A stretch of DNA of 64,000 bases from an uncultured delta proteobacterium (GTDB lineage: Bacteria; Myxococcota; Kuafuiibacteriia; Kuafuiibacteriales; Kuafuiibacteriaceae), in NCBI GenBank assembly GCA_963803435.1, contig CAWDML010000001.1:2592001-2656000 (forward strand), read 5' to 3'. Shown piece by piece: positions 55,201-64,000 of this stretch. The number at the start of each line of letters is the position of its first letter. The first letter of the stretch is position 1. The notes under the pieces are model-generated. The model did no database searches. It had not been told where the DNA came from and saw nothing but the letters and a program-made list of their open reading frames with translations. Both the position numbers and the translations under genes were made by a program.

Positions 55201-56250
55201 TCAGGGCGCGACCTCGCTCCAGGCCATAACGGCGAGCTGGGTGGCGATCTTGCCGTAGCCGCCGGCCTTGGCGTCGCTGGCGTTGCCGTCGAGGGCGCGC
55301 TTGTAGACGCCCTGGCAGATGGCGGCGATCCGGAAGAGCGCGAAGGCGACGAAGAAGCCGAAGCTGGGGACTCCGGTGCGGCCGGTGCGCTCGCAGTATC
55401 GGGCCACGTAGCGCGCTTCGGGTGGGATGCCGAGGGCGGCGGTGTCGACGCCGAGGAGCCCGGAGAGCTCACCTTGGGTCGGCGGCAGGTGGTAGGCCAT
55501 GCAGTTGTAGGCGAGGTCGCCGAGCGGATGGCCGAGGGTCGAGAGCTCCCAGTCGAGGACGGCGAGCACCTTGGGCTGGGTCGGATGAAACATCAGGTTC
55601 CCCGGCCGGAAGTCGCCGTGCACGATCGTGGTCTCCTCCTCCTCGGGCAGATGCTCGAGCAGCCAGGGCATCAATCGCTCCATCGCCTCGATCGTCGAGG
55701 TCTCGGACGCGCGGTACTGCTGCGACCAGCGCTCGATCTGCCGCCGCACGTAGCCCTCAGGCTTGCCGAAGTCCTCGAGCCCCCGCGCGCGCCAATCGAC
55801 CGAGTGGAGCGTGGCCAGCGTCCGGTTCATCTCGTCGTAGAGCGCCGCCCGCTCCTCGGGAGAGACGTCGGGCATCGTCGGATCGTGAAAGACGCGACCC
55901 TCGATGAAGTCCATGACGTAGAACGGCGTGCCGATGATCCCGGGATCCTCCGCGAGCAGGTGCGCGTGCGGCACCGGAACGCCCGAGCCCTCGAGCGCCC
56001 GAATGATGCGGAACTCGCGCTCGATCAGGTGGGCCGAAGGGAGCAGCTTTCCCGGCGGCTTCTTGCGGAGCACGAAGCGGCGGCTGGGCTCACCCGCGGT
56101 GAGGAGGAACGTCGGGTTCGACTGCCCTCCCGCGAACTGCTCGACCGTGAGAGGGCCCGCGAACGTCTCGAGGTGCTCGCCGAGGTAGCGGGCCAGCGCC
56201 GCCTCGTCGAACCGATGGGCCTCGCGGACCGGGATCAGCTTCTGGGTCAT
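55201..56250 (-). CDS. APH-like phosphotransferase (ACAD10/11 kinase-like)
   Basis: QFAGGQSNPTF, LRKKPPGKLLPSAH, GTPFYVM, HGDFRPGN, LDWELSTLGHPLGDL. Confidence 0.93.
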   Translation of the reverse strand: MTQKLIPVREAHRFDEAALARYLGEHLETFAGPLTVEQFAGGQSNPTFLLTAGEPSRRFVLRKKPPGKLLPSAHLIEREFRIIRALEGSGVPVPHAHLLAEDPGIIGTPFYVMDFIEGRVFHDPTMPDVSPEERAALYDEMNRTLATLHSVDWRARGLEDFGKPEGYVRRQIERWSQQYRASETSTIEAMERLMPWLLEHLPEEEETTIVHGDFRPGNLMFHPTQPKVLAVLDWELSTLGHPLGDLAYNCMAYHLPPTQGELSGLLGVDTAALGIPPEARYVARYCERTGRTGVPSFGFFVAFALFRIAAICQGVYKRALDGNASDAKAGGYGKIATQLAVMAWSEVAP

Positions 56251-56266
56251 CGACCCAGGCGGTACC

Positions 56267-57004
56267 TCAGTCGGAGAGTCGAGTCACCACGACCCAGCGG
56301 CGCCCCCACGGATTGACGTACTCCTCCTCGGAGCGGCGCGCTTGGATCAGCGCCTCGCGCTCGGCGAAGCGCTCCTCGCCGCGGACCATCAGGAACAGGA
56401 GGCCGCCGATCAACGCCAGCGAGAGCTGTCCGAAGAGCAGGCCGACGGCGATGAAGACGACGCCGAACGCACGCGACACGGTGGCGGCCACGCGGGTCGC
56501 CTGCAGGCGCCCCATACGCCGTTGAAGGGCCGCCCGGAAGATGCGGCCTCCGTCCATCGGTAGGGCGGGGACCAGGTTGAAGACGGCCATCGCCACGTTC
56601 ACCGCCGCTGCGTAGGCGAGCAGATCGACAGGGCCGGGCGCGCCCATGTTCAGGGAGGCGCCCAAGAGAAATGAGAGACCGACGAAGAGGAGACCCAGGA
56701 GGAAGGAGACGAGGGGACCGGCGGCGGCGATCAGGATCTCCTGTCGCGGTGTCCGCGGCATCTCGGTCATCATCGCCATGCCGCCGAGAAGATGGAGATC
56801 GATGCTGGCGATCCGGATGCCGTAGCGCTGCGCCACCACGGAGTGACCGAGCTCGTGGAGCAGCACCGAGCCGAAGAGGATCACGCCGGCCGGAATGCCC
56901 ATCCAGCCGAAGCGGAGGAGCATCAGCGCGAACACCGCGAGGAGCGTGATGTGGAGGCGGATTGGAATTCCCCTGATGGTTCCGAGCTTGAGCGCGCTGA
57001 ACAT
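56267..57004 (-). CDS. site-2 protease (peptidase M50)
   Basis: HELGH; AAAGP; FNLVPALPMDGGR. Confidence 0.93.
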   Translation of the reverse strand: MFSALKLGTIRGIPIRLHITLLAVFALMLLRFGWMGIPAGVILFGSVLLHELGHSVVAQRYGIRIASIDLHLLGGMAMMTEMPRTPRQEILIAAAGPLVSFLLGLLFVGLSFLLGASLNMGAPGPVDLLAYAAAVNVAMAVFNLVPALPMDGGRIFRAALQRRMGRLQATRVAATVSRAFGVVFIAVGLLFGQLSLALIGGLLFLMVRGEERFAEREALIQARRSEEEYVNPWGRRWVVVTRLSD

Positions 57005-57109
57005 CGAGCCCTTTTGTAAGCACGCGGATTCTCGGAGGTAAAACACAACCCAAAGCGGGCCTTTTCAGCGGTTTGCGGCCCAAGCCCGGACCATGGCGGT
57101 ATAGGGGCC

Positions 57110-58840
57110 GTGGGCGGAAGGACCGGACACGGGGGCGCGGCGCTCCTGGCGAGCGCCCTGATCGCCGGGTGCGGCGCAAATTTCGACGGCTTCCCGCAGG
57201 AGGGACCCGCGATGGTGCCGCCGCCCACCCGTGAGCCCGAGCTGGGTCGGATCCGCGAAGACTTCAACAACCGTGACCTCATCGCCTCCGAGACCGGGGG
57301 CGTCGTCGTCGACGTCAACCGCGGGATCGCCACGCTGGCCGCGGAGCGCTTCCCGGACTTCGACAGCAACGGGGCCGTGAACGCGTACGATCAGCCGACC
57401 TATCAGAACGGGCTGATCGAGGCCGAGGCGATCATCGTGCACGAAGGCGCCACGCTCGAGGCCTCCGACTCCGTCGAGCTCCGCGCCGAGGATCGCGTGA
57501 TCATCGCCGGCACACTCGACGTGGGTCGCGGAGGCGTCACGATCATCGCGCGCGAGCGGATCCAGATCGACGGCACCATCACCAGCGAAGGCCCGGTGCG
57601 GCTCCTGCTCGCCGACGACACCGGCACCATCGAGATCGGCGGCAGGATCGCGGCGCGCTCCACCGTCCTCGGCACCAGTGACGTCCGCATCTACGGACGT
57701 GGCTCGATCCAGATCGCGGGCGAGATCTCGACCATCGGCGTGATCGGAGCGCTGGGTGGCAACATCGACGTCTACTCGTACGGTGATCTCGTGATCTCCG
57801 GCGAGACGGCGCATCTCTTCACGACCAGCGAGCCGCAGGGCATCGCCGGCGGGATCACGCTGCAGAGCGAGTCGAATGTCACCGTCGAGCGAGGCGCCTG
57901 GCTGGGCGGCATGCCGACCGACAACATCGTCCCCGACACGCTCGAGCCCGGGGGCGACATCGAGCTCATCGGCACCAACCTCACGCTCGGCGACGACGTC
58001 CGGATCGCGGCGACGGGAACTGCGCTCCGCGAGGGCGGACGCGTGCTCCTGACCGCGACCGGCCGCATGTTCACGGGGCACCGCACGCTCCTCGCAGCCG
58101 GCTACGGTCCCAGCGGCGGATCGGTGGTCCTGCGCGCTGCCTCGATCGAGCTCGGCGAGGCGACCCGTGTCGCCGCCGGCGGAGGAAGCGCCGAACCCGG
58201 ACGCGTCGAGATGCATGCGGTCGACAACCTGGCCCTCTCTCCCTTCGCCCGCATCGAGGGCGGTGCGGGACAGTGCGCCCGCGGTGGAGACATCAGCCTC
58301 GAGGTCGGCGGGCCTCTCTCGGCCGGCGAAGGCGCGCAGATCATCGGCGGCGCCGGGAACACCAACGCGACCTGCGGCCGTACCCATCCCGGCGGCGCGA
58401 TCATCATCTTCGCCCGCGACGCAATCGGACTGACCGCAGCGCTCATCCCCGGCACCGGCGCACAGCCCGGCTCCGTCGACGTGAACATCGTGCCCGACTA
58501 CCTGGTGCCGCCCGCCAACCTCCAGGTCGGCGGCGGCGGCTATCTCGAGTCCGTCACGATCGATCGGGGAGATGACGCGATCGATCGCATCCCGCGCCTC
58601 GTCGAGGTCATCGCAGACACGCCCGCCGACACGCAGGTCAGCATCCAGCTGGCCGGCGCGGATCAGGCGGACGGACCGTTCGAGGACTGGCTCCCGATCA
58701 CCTCGGACGCCAACGACAAGAAGCTGGAGAGCTTCGTCGGCCGGCGCTGGGTGCGCTACCGCGTGGTCCTCGAGGGGCGAAAGTTCGACGTCCCCGTCCT
58801 GGACTACTTCGAGATCGATCTGGCCCCCGCCGGATACTGA
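57110..58840 (+). CDS. Gly-rich repeat lipoprotein (probable beta-solenoid)
   Basis: Lipobox LIAGC; repeated GGxIxL/IxG units. Confidence 0.65.
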   Translation: MGGRTGHGGAALLASALIAGCGANFDGFPQEGPAMVPPPTREPELGRIREDFNNRDLIASETGGVVVDVNRGIATLAAERFPDFDSNGAVNAYDQPTYQNGLIEAEAIIVHEGATLEASDSVELRAEDRVIIAGTLDVGRGGVTIIARERIQIDGTITSEGPVRLLLADDTGTIEIGGRIAARSTVLGTSDVRIYGRGSIQIAGEISTIGVIGALGGNIDVYSYGDLVISGETAHLFTTSEPQGIAGGITLQSESNVTVERGAWLGGMPTDNIVPDTLEPGGDIELIGTNLTLGDDVRIAATGTALREGGRVLLTATGRMFTGHRTLLAAGYGPSGGSVVLRAASIELGEATRVAAGGGSAEPGRVEMHAVDNLALSPFARIEGGAGQCARGGDISLEVGGPLSAGEGAQIIGGAGNTNATCGRTHPGGAIIIFARDAIGLTAALIPGTGAQPGSVDVNIVPDYLVPPANLQVGGGGYLESVTIDRGDDAIDRIPRLVEVIADTPADTQVSIQLAGADQADGPFEDWLPITSDANDKKLESFVGRRWVRYRVVLEGRKFDVPVLDYFEIDLAPAGY

Positions 58841-58879
58841 GCTCCCACGCGAAGCTTCGACGATGGTCGGCCGTCGGGT

Positions 58880-59030
58880 CCGCGTGGGATCACGGATCGA
58901 AGCGCAGCGGCGCCTCTATCGGCTGAGACCGGAGCCGCTCATGGAGCTCGACTCATGGCTCGTTCCCTTCCGCCGCTTCTGGTCGAAGCAACACCTCGAC
59001 AAGATGGAGAAGGTGCCGTTGGCACCGCTG
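58880..59030 (+). pseudogene. ArsR-family regulator C-terminal remnant
   Basis: EAQRRLYRLRPEPLMELDSWLVPFRRFWS…LDKM with no N-terminal HTH. Confidence 0.55.
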
Positions 59031-59222
59031 GCGCCGCCTCCAGGCCGCGCCGGCGAGCGAGCGACAGGTCAGTCAGCTCTGAGGCGAGCGGCGATCCGCA
59101 GGGCGAAGGTCGAGACGCCACCGGCCAGCTCGATGGTGCCGGAAGGTGGGTCGCCCTCACGCAGAGCGTCGTTCCAGAGGCCGACGCGATCGGCAAGGCC
59201 GCGCTCGTCGAGCTGCCGGCAC

Positions 59223-59636
59223 TCATCCGAGCGCGCTCATCAAGCCAACGCCGAGCGCGAGCAGGCAGAGCGACAGAACGACGGCGCCGATCCGGACCAG
59301 CGCGATCAGGGGGCCGACGCGATCCTTGCCGGCCGCTGCGCCGAAGAAGCCGCCGCTGATCAAGATCGGCGGGAGCATGAAGCCGGCCCGGAGCGGCCAG
59401 GCGAAGGCGGAGAGTGGGCGCGCCTGATCGATCAGAGGCTGGGCGACCAGCGCGAGGATCACGAGGACACCGGCATGGGCGTGCCCGGCCCGGAAGAGCG
59501 AACGCTGGAGATCGTTGAAGCGACCGTTGAAGCCGCCGGAGAGGATACGGAGGAGGAAGGTGCCGCCGAACGCGATTGTCGGCACCGTGATGAGCAGGAT
59601 TCCACAACAGAGCTTGGCGGCGTCGGACATCGGCAT
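59223..59636 (-). CDS. small 4-TM membrane protein
   Basis: Four hydrophobic segments; FRAGHAHAGVL motif. Confidence 0.75.
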   Translation of the reverse strand: MPMSDAAKLCCGILLITVPTIAFGGTFLLRILSGGFNGRFNDLQRSLFRAGHAHAGVLVILALVAQPLIDQARPLSAFAWPLRAGFMLPPILISGGFFGAAAGKDRVGPLIALVRIGAVVLSLCLLALGVGLMSALG

Positions 59637-59650
59637 GAAGACCTCGCTGG

Positions 59651-59700
59651 CTAGACAGTGTCTAGTTGACAGCGTCTACCTCCGCCTTGACACTGTCAAG
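59651..59700. promoter_or_regulatory. three palindromic TetR operators in the divergent promoter
   Basis: CTAGACAGTGTCTAG (59651-59665), GTTGACAGCGTCTAC (59665-59679), CTTGACACTGTCAAG (59686-59700). Confidence 0.75.
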
Positions 59701-59703
59701 CCG

Positions 59704-60318
59704 ATGGATCTCCGGAGCCGCATCCTGGCGGCGAGCGTGCGGCTCATCGAGGAACAGGGGCTGGGCGCGCTCTCGATGCGGGAGGTGGCGCGCCGGGCCG
59801 GCGTGAGCCACCAGGCCCCCTATCACCACTTCGCGGATCGGGAGGCGATCCTGGCAGCGGTGGCCGAGGAGGGATTTCGCCGCTTGAGCGCCGAGTTGGA
59901 GGCCGCTGTCGCGCGACCCTCGCTGGCCGCGATCGATCGGCTCGTCGAGAGCGGTCGCGGTTATGTCCGCTTCGCTACGTCGAATCCGGCCCACTTCCGC
60001 GTGATGTTTCGCCCCGAGCTGGTCGATCTGGAGAAGCACCCCTCGGCTCTGGCCGAGGCCCAACGTGCGTTCGAGACGCTGGAGCGGCTGGTCGGCTTCG
60101 CGGTCGAGGAGAGAGTGATCGAGCCTCGCTTCGCGGGTGGAACCGTGACGCTCGCATGGGCGTTCGTACACGGCCTCTCCGGTCTGGTCCTGGACGGTCC
60201 GCTCGCCAAGGGAGGCGACGGCGCTTCTCCGGAGCAACGGGTGGAGGCAGCGCTGCGGGCGTACGGGCGGCTCCTCTCCGGTCCGACCTCCCGCCGCCGG
60301 TCCCGCCGCAGGCGGTGA
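59704..60318 (+). CDS. TetR-family regulator (WHG-type C-terminus)
   Basis: LSMREVARRAGVSHQAPYHHFADREAIL; AWAFVHGL. Confidence 0.93.
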   Translation: MDLRSRILAASVRLIEEQGLGALSMREVARRAGVSHQAPYHHFADREAILAAVAEEGFRRLSAELEAAVARPSLAAIDRLVESGRGYVRFATSNPAHFRVMFRPELVDLEKHPSALAEAQRAFETLERLVGFAVEERVIEPRFAGGTVTLAWAFVHGLSGLVLDGPLAKGGDGASPEQRVEAALRAYGRLLSGPTSRRRSRRRR

Positions 60319-60459
60319 CCCTGTGAGCTCATCCGATCGCACCGACTGCTGAGCAGGCGGAGTTGCGGGTCTAGAGACTGTCCGATTCGGCGCGCTCGAT
60401 CTCGATCTCTCGGTGTCGCCACCGACGGGCCGAGCCTCGTCCGAAGGTGGTCGATCTCG

Positions 60460-62949
60460 GTGGCAGATCAATGGCACCCGCCGCGTCGAACAGGGCTGAT
60501 CATCGTGTCGGCGGCAGCGCTGTGGACTTCATCGCTCGTGTACCCGGGGCTCGCGCGAGGCCAGGTCGAGCCTGGGCCTCGCTCGCGGGCGCACCAGGCG
60601 CTCGGCGGCTTTCCGATCGGTTGCAACAAGTGCCACGACTCGGGCAACGGTGTCCCGGACGACAAGTGCTTGGCCTGCCACACGCATCAGAAGCTGCGGG
60701 CGCGGATCCTGGCGGGCCAAGGCTTTCACGCGCAGCCCGACGTGAAGAGCAAGCGCTGCCAGGCGTGCCACGCGGAGCACAAAGAAGAGCCGCCGGGCTC
60801 AGGCAAGGGCCGCAGGACCACCATCGACTGGAGGCCGTTCGGCGGAAAGGCGAACTTCAACCATCACCTCACGGGCTGGCCGCTCGATGGCGCCCATCGC
60901 TTCCAGAGGTGCGAGAAGTGCCACGCGGAGAAGTATCCGGAGTCGAAGCTCCCCACCTATCTCGGGAAGCGGGGCGAGTGCACGACCTGCCATCGCGGTA
61001 CCAAGGAGGACCGGGGCATCGGCGGCGACAACCCGCACCGGTTCACCGACGCGTCGCTGACCGACTGCCGAATGTGCCACGGCTCGAGCAACTTTCGGGT
61101 CGCGAACCTGGGCGCCACCAGGTGGGATCACGACCGGACAGCGTTCCCGCTGGTGGGGTTCCATCGGCGGAACGCGTGCATCCAGTGCCACCGGGACAAC
61201 ATCGAGACGTTCGAGGTGAAGACGCGCGACTTCGCGGACTGCAAGGGCTGTCACCAGGACTCGCACCGATCGGTGATCTCGGCGTCGCGCGAGTGCCGGC
61301 GATGTCACTCGATGACGACGAAGTTCGCGAACACCGAGTTCGATCACGGCAGGGAGACCCGCTTTCCGCTGCGCGGCCGGCACCGGAAGAACCGGTGCAA
61401 GGACTGCCACAAGATCGACAGCCCGCCCGAGAAACCGGCGATGGCCTGCGCCGGCTGCCACCGTGACATCCACCAGGGACGCTTCGGCAAGGAGACCTGC
61501 GACGGTTGCCACACCGAGCAGGGCTTCAAAACCGCCATCGTCTTCGACCACGACAAGAAGACCAAGTTCGAGCTGACCGGGAAGCATCGGACCGCGCCCT
61601 GCACCGGGTGCCATCGCGGCGGGCTGGCGTCGGGCTTCGAGCGCTTCGAGACCACCGAGTGCGCGGGCTGCCACCGCCATCAGAAGGCCCACTGCGGGCA
61701 GTTCGGGCTCAAGAACTGCGAGCGATGCCACGTGCGCGGCGGTGATCGGACCTCGAAGTTCGACCACGACCTCACGCGCTTTCCGCTCCAGCGCGCACAC
61801 GCGAAGGTCGAGTGCGAGCGCTGCCACCAGCCGCAGCACCTCGGCGAGACCGCCGAGTGCCGGAAGGCCGTCGCATACACCGGACTCGAGCCCCAGTGCT
61901 TCGGCTGCCATGTGGACATCCATCAGGGCGAGCTGGGGAAGGACTGCTCGAAGTGCCACACCAGCGGCGAGAGCTTCAAGACGCTGGTCTTCGATCACAA
62001 CCGAGACGCCCGCTTCAGCCTCACCGGCTTCCATCAGCTGGTGGCGTGCGACAGCTGCCACCCGAGGCGGAAGTACAAGCTAGAGAAGACGCGGTGCGCC
62101 TCGTGCCACGCGAAAGACGACGTGCACGACGCGAGGCTCGGCGACGACTGCGCCAAGTGCCACGAGACCACCGGCGGCGCGCCGAAGTTCAATCACAACG
62201 TCCACACCGACTTCGTTCAGAAGGGCGTTCACGCGCGGCTCGAGTGCGCGCGCTGCCACTTCTTGAGCAACGGAGACCGCCTCGGCCGGAAGGTGGCGCT
62301 CGCGAAGCCGGGGGCTCGCCTCGATCTCCTGTTCCGGGCGGCGGGGCGGGACTGCGACGCCTGCCATCCCGACCCCCATCAGGTCCGGGAGAAGCTGGCC
62401 TGCGATGCGTGCCACGGATTCGAGCGGTGGACGGCTCCACCGCGCAACGACTACCACCAGTCGACCGGCTTCACTTTGGGCGGCGCGCACACGATCGTCG
62501 CCTGTACCCGCTGCCACACCGGCGGCGGCAGCATGCGCGGTCGCGGGCGGCGCTGCGGCACCTGTCATGCGCAGGACGACGTGCACGCGGGCTCGCTCGG
62601 GTCGGAGTGCGGCTCGTGCCACCTCCAGGACGTCTGGGTCCCGACGACGTTCGCGCACAACGACACGGCCTTCGTGCTGGAAGGCATCCACCGCTCGCTG
62701 GAGTGCCGGCAGTGCCACCTGGCCGGCAACTACGCCATCGGCAAGAACCCGCGATGCTACAGCTGCCATCTCAAGCAGTATCTCCAGGCCCCCTGGCACA
62801 TCTGCGGAGACCAACGTCAGCAGGCGGACGATCCGCCGAACACACCGTTCCACATCACCGGTGGGACGGGAGGGCAGATGAGCCACGATTGCGACAACTG
62901 CCATACGCAGTTCACGTTCGCCGGCGCCCTCAACCTGGAGCTGCGATGA
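60460..62949 (+). CDS. 30-heme c-type cytochrome (ten triheme modules)
   Basis: 30 CxxCH motifs counted in the translation; recurring FDH…FPLxGxH linker; signal peptide. Confidence 0.93.
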   Translation: MADQWHPPRRTGLIIVSAAALWTSSLVYPGLARGQVEPGPRSRAHQALGGFPIGCNKCHDSGNGVPDDKCLACHTHQKLRARILAGQGFHAQPDVKSKRCQACHAEHKEEPPGSGKGRRTTIDWRPFGGKANFNHHLTGWPLDGAHRFQRCEKCHAEKYPESKLPTYLGKRGECTTCHRGTKEDRGIGGDNPHRFTDASLTDCRMCHGSSNFRVANLGATRWDHDRTAFPLVGFHRRNACIQCHRDNIETFEVKTRDFADCKGCHQDSHRSVISASRECRRCHSMTTKFANTEFDHGRETRFPLRGRHRKNRCKDCHKIDSPPEKPAMACAGCHRDIHQGRFGKETCDGCHTEQGFKTAIVFDHDKKTKFELTGKHRTAPCTGCHRGGLASGFERFETTECAGCHRHQKAHCGQFGLKNCERCHVRGGDRTSKFDHDLTRFPLQRAHAKVECERCHQPQHLGETAECRKAVAYTGLEPQCFGCHVDIHQGELGKDCSKCHTSGESFKTLVFDHNRDARFSLTGFHQLVACDSCHPRRKYKLEKTRCASCHAKDDVHDARLGDDCAKCHETTGGAPKFNHNVHTDFVQKGVHARLECARCHFLSNGDRLGRKVALAKPGARLDLLFRAAGRDCDACHPDPHQVREKLACDACHGFERWTAPPRNDYHQSTGFTLGGAHTIVACTRCHTGGGSMRGRGRRCGTCHAQDDVHAGSLGSECGSCHLQDVWVPTTFAHNDTAFVLEGIHRSLECRQCHLAGNYAIGKNPRCYSCHLKQYLQAPWHICGDQRQQADDPPNTPFHITGGTGGQMSHDCDNCHTQFTFAGALNLELR

Positions 62950-64000
62950 CCGGCCACGGCGTCCTCCCGCTGGTGCTGCTCGCGTTCGCCTCAGAGCCGC
63001 CGGCTGCCGGGGAGGAACCGTCGCGCTGGTCGAACCGCGGCGCGATGGTGCCGATCGTCTCGCCGGTGCCGGTCACCGCCGAGCTTCCCGAGCGCGCGGT
63101 ACCCATCGAGACGCCCGTCGAGACACCGGGCCAGGCGCTCTCGGGCGGCGCCGGCGAGGAGAGGATCTCGGCCCGCCTCAGCTTGAGCGGCTATCATCTC
63201 GAGACCAGCGGGCTCGGGAGGGTGCTCGGCCCGACGCCGAGGGACACCCCCGCGCCGCCCAACGACAGCCGCTACGCAACGAACAACTGGGAGATACCGA
63301 CGGTGCAGGACGGCGCATCGCGGGACATCGATCTCCTGCGCGCGCGCGCCACGCTCGGCTACGAGCACATCGCAGGGACCGAGCTCTCGCTCCACCTCGA
63401 CGTCGAGTATCGACCTCAAATCAGCGGCAGCCGCTTCACGGACTACCGCCTCAACGAGGCATACGCGAGCTATGGGCTCGACGAACAGCGCACCCAAGAG
63501 GCGCCCTGGTGGGGCGTCGCCCTGGGCCGTCTCGCCGTTCGCGAGGCGGGCTATGCGCAGGCGGACGGGATCGCGGCGCGCTTCCGGATCGCGGGCGGGT
63601 TGCAAGCCGGGATCTTCGGCGGTGTGACCGGCAATCCGTACGGCTACAACTGGAACCAGCGAAGAACCGAGGTCTTCAGCGCGGACTGGTACACCGGAGG
63701 TGCGTTCGTCTCGCTGCAGCTGCCGGAGCTCTCGGTGAACTTGGCCGGCGTGGTGATCTACGCGAAGATCGCCGAGGGGCTCTCCGACGTCGATCGCGCC
63801 TACGTCTACCTCGACGGCGCCTGGCTGATCCTCCCCGAGCTCAACCTGGTGGTGAACGGTTGGCTCGACGTGTTGCCCGGCGGCCAGGTGGTCCAGAACC
63901 TCAGCGGCTCGTTCTCCTGGAGCCCGTTCGACGACCTCTCCCTCGCGCTGGGCGGCGGGCGCTTCAGCACGCTGCTCTACGCCGTCTCCAGCGGCTACAC
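62946..64000 (+). CDS. probable outer-membrane beta-barrel (porin partner); runs off the right edge
   Basis: ATGA overlap with the cytochrome; signal-like MTGHGVLPLVLLAFA; alternating beta-strand pattern with aromatic residues; open to the window end. Confidence 0.6.
   Translation, partial: MTGHGVLPLVLLAFASEPPAAGEEPSRWSNRGAMVPIVSPVPVTAELPERAVPIETPVETPGQALSGGAGEERISARLSLSGYHLETSGLGRVLGPTPRDTPAPPNDSRYATNNWEIPTVQDGASRDIDLLRARATLGYEHIAGTELSLHLDVEYRPQISGSRFTDYRLNEAYASYGLDEQRTQEAPWWGVALGRLAVREAGYAQADGIAARFRIAGGLQAGIFGGVTGNPYGYNWNQRRTEVFSADWYTGGAFVSLQLPELSVNLAGVVIYAKIAEGLSDVDRAYVYLDGAWLILPELNLVVNGWLDVLPGGQVVQNLSGSFSWSPFDDLSLALGGGRFSTLLYAVSSGY

Overview
GC-rich bacterial DNA, most consistent with Myxococcota (Ser/Thr kinases with PEGA domains, TPR proteins, FG-GAP lipoprotein, multiheme cytochrome). 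Many genes carry single-base indels, from either uncorrected long-read error or decay. Host backbone: TPR-TonB receptor, kinase, GGT, WYL regulator, histidine kinase, ftsK, lolA, aldehyde dehydrogenase, APH-like kinase, M50 peptidase, TetR, and a 30-heme cytochrome with a probable porin. Two accessory regions interrupt it. (i) At 13-16.2 kb, a patch of IS remnants holds an intact orphan gene resembling a cholera/pierisin-type ADP-ribosyltransferase. (ii) At about 23196-55045 lies a ~32 kb tyrosine-integrase island. It carries a tmRNA-like 3' end but has integrated off-target into an IS5 remnant, whose transposase N-terminus is split across the two junctions. Its cargo is Xis, a PIN/DUF433 toxin-antitoxin pair, an orphan ParB, a truncated Hhe-like helicase, two nested IS21 elements, and a largely translationally coupled operon: SNF2 helicase, SbcD, SbcC-like ATPase, HIRAN, ASCH, HIRAN, XRE/DruH-like, DruE-like helicase. 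This operon is the best candidate for an undescribed anti-phage system. All family calls rest on motif recognition, not database searches.
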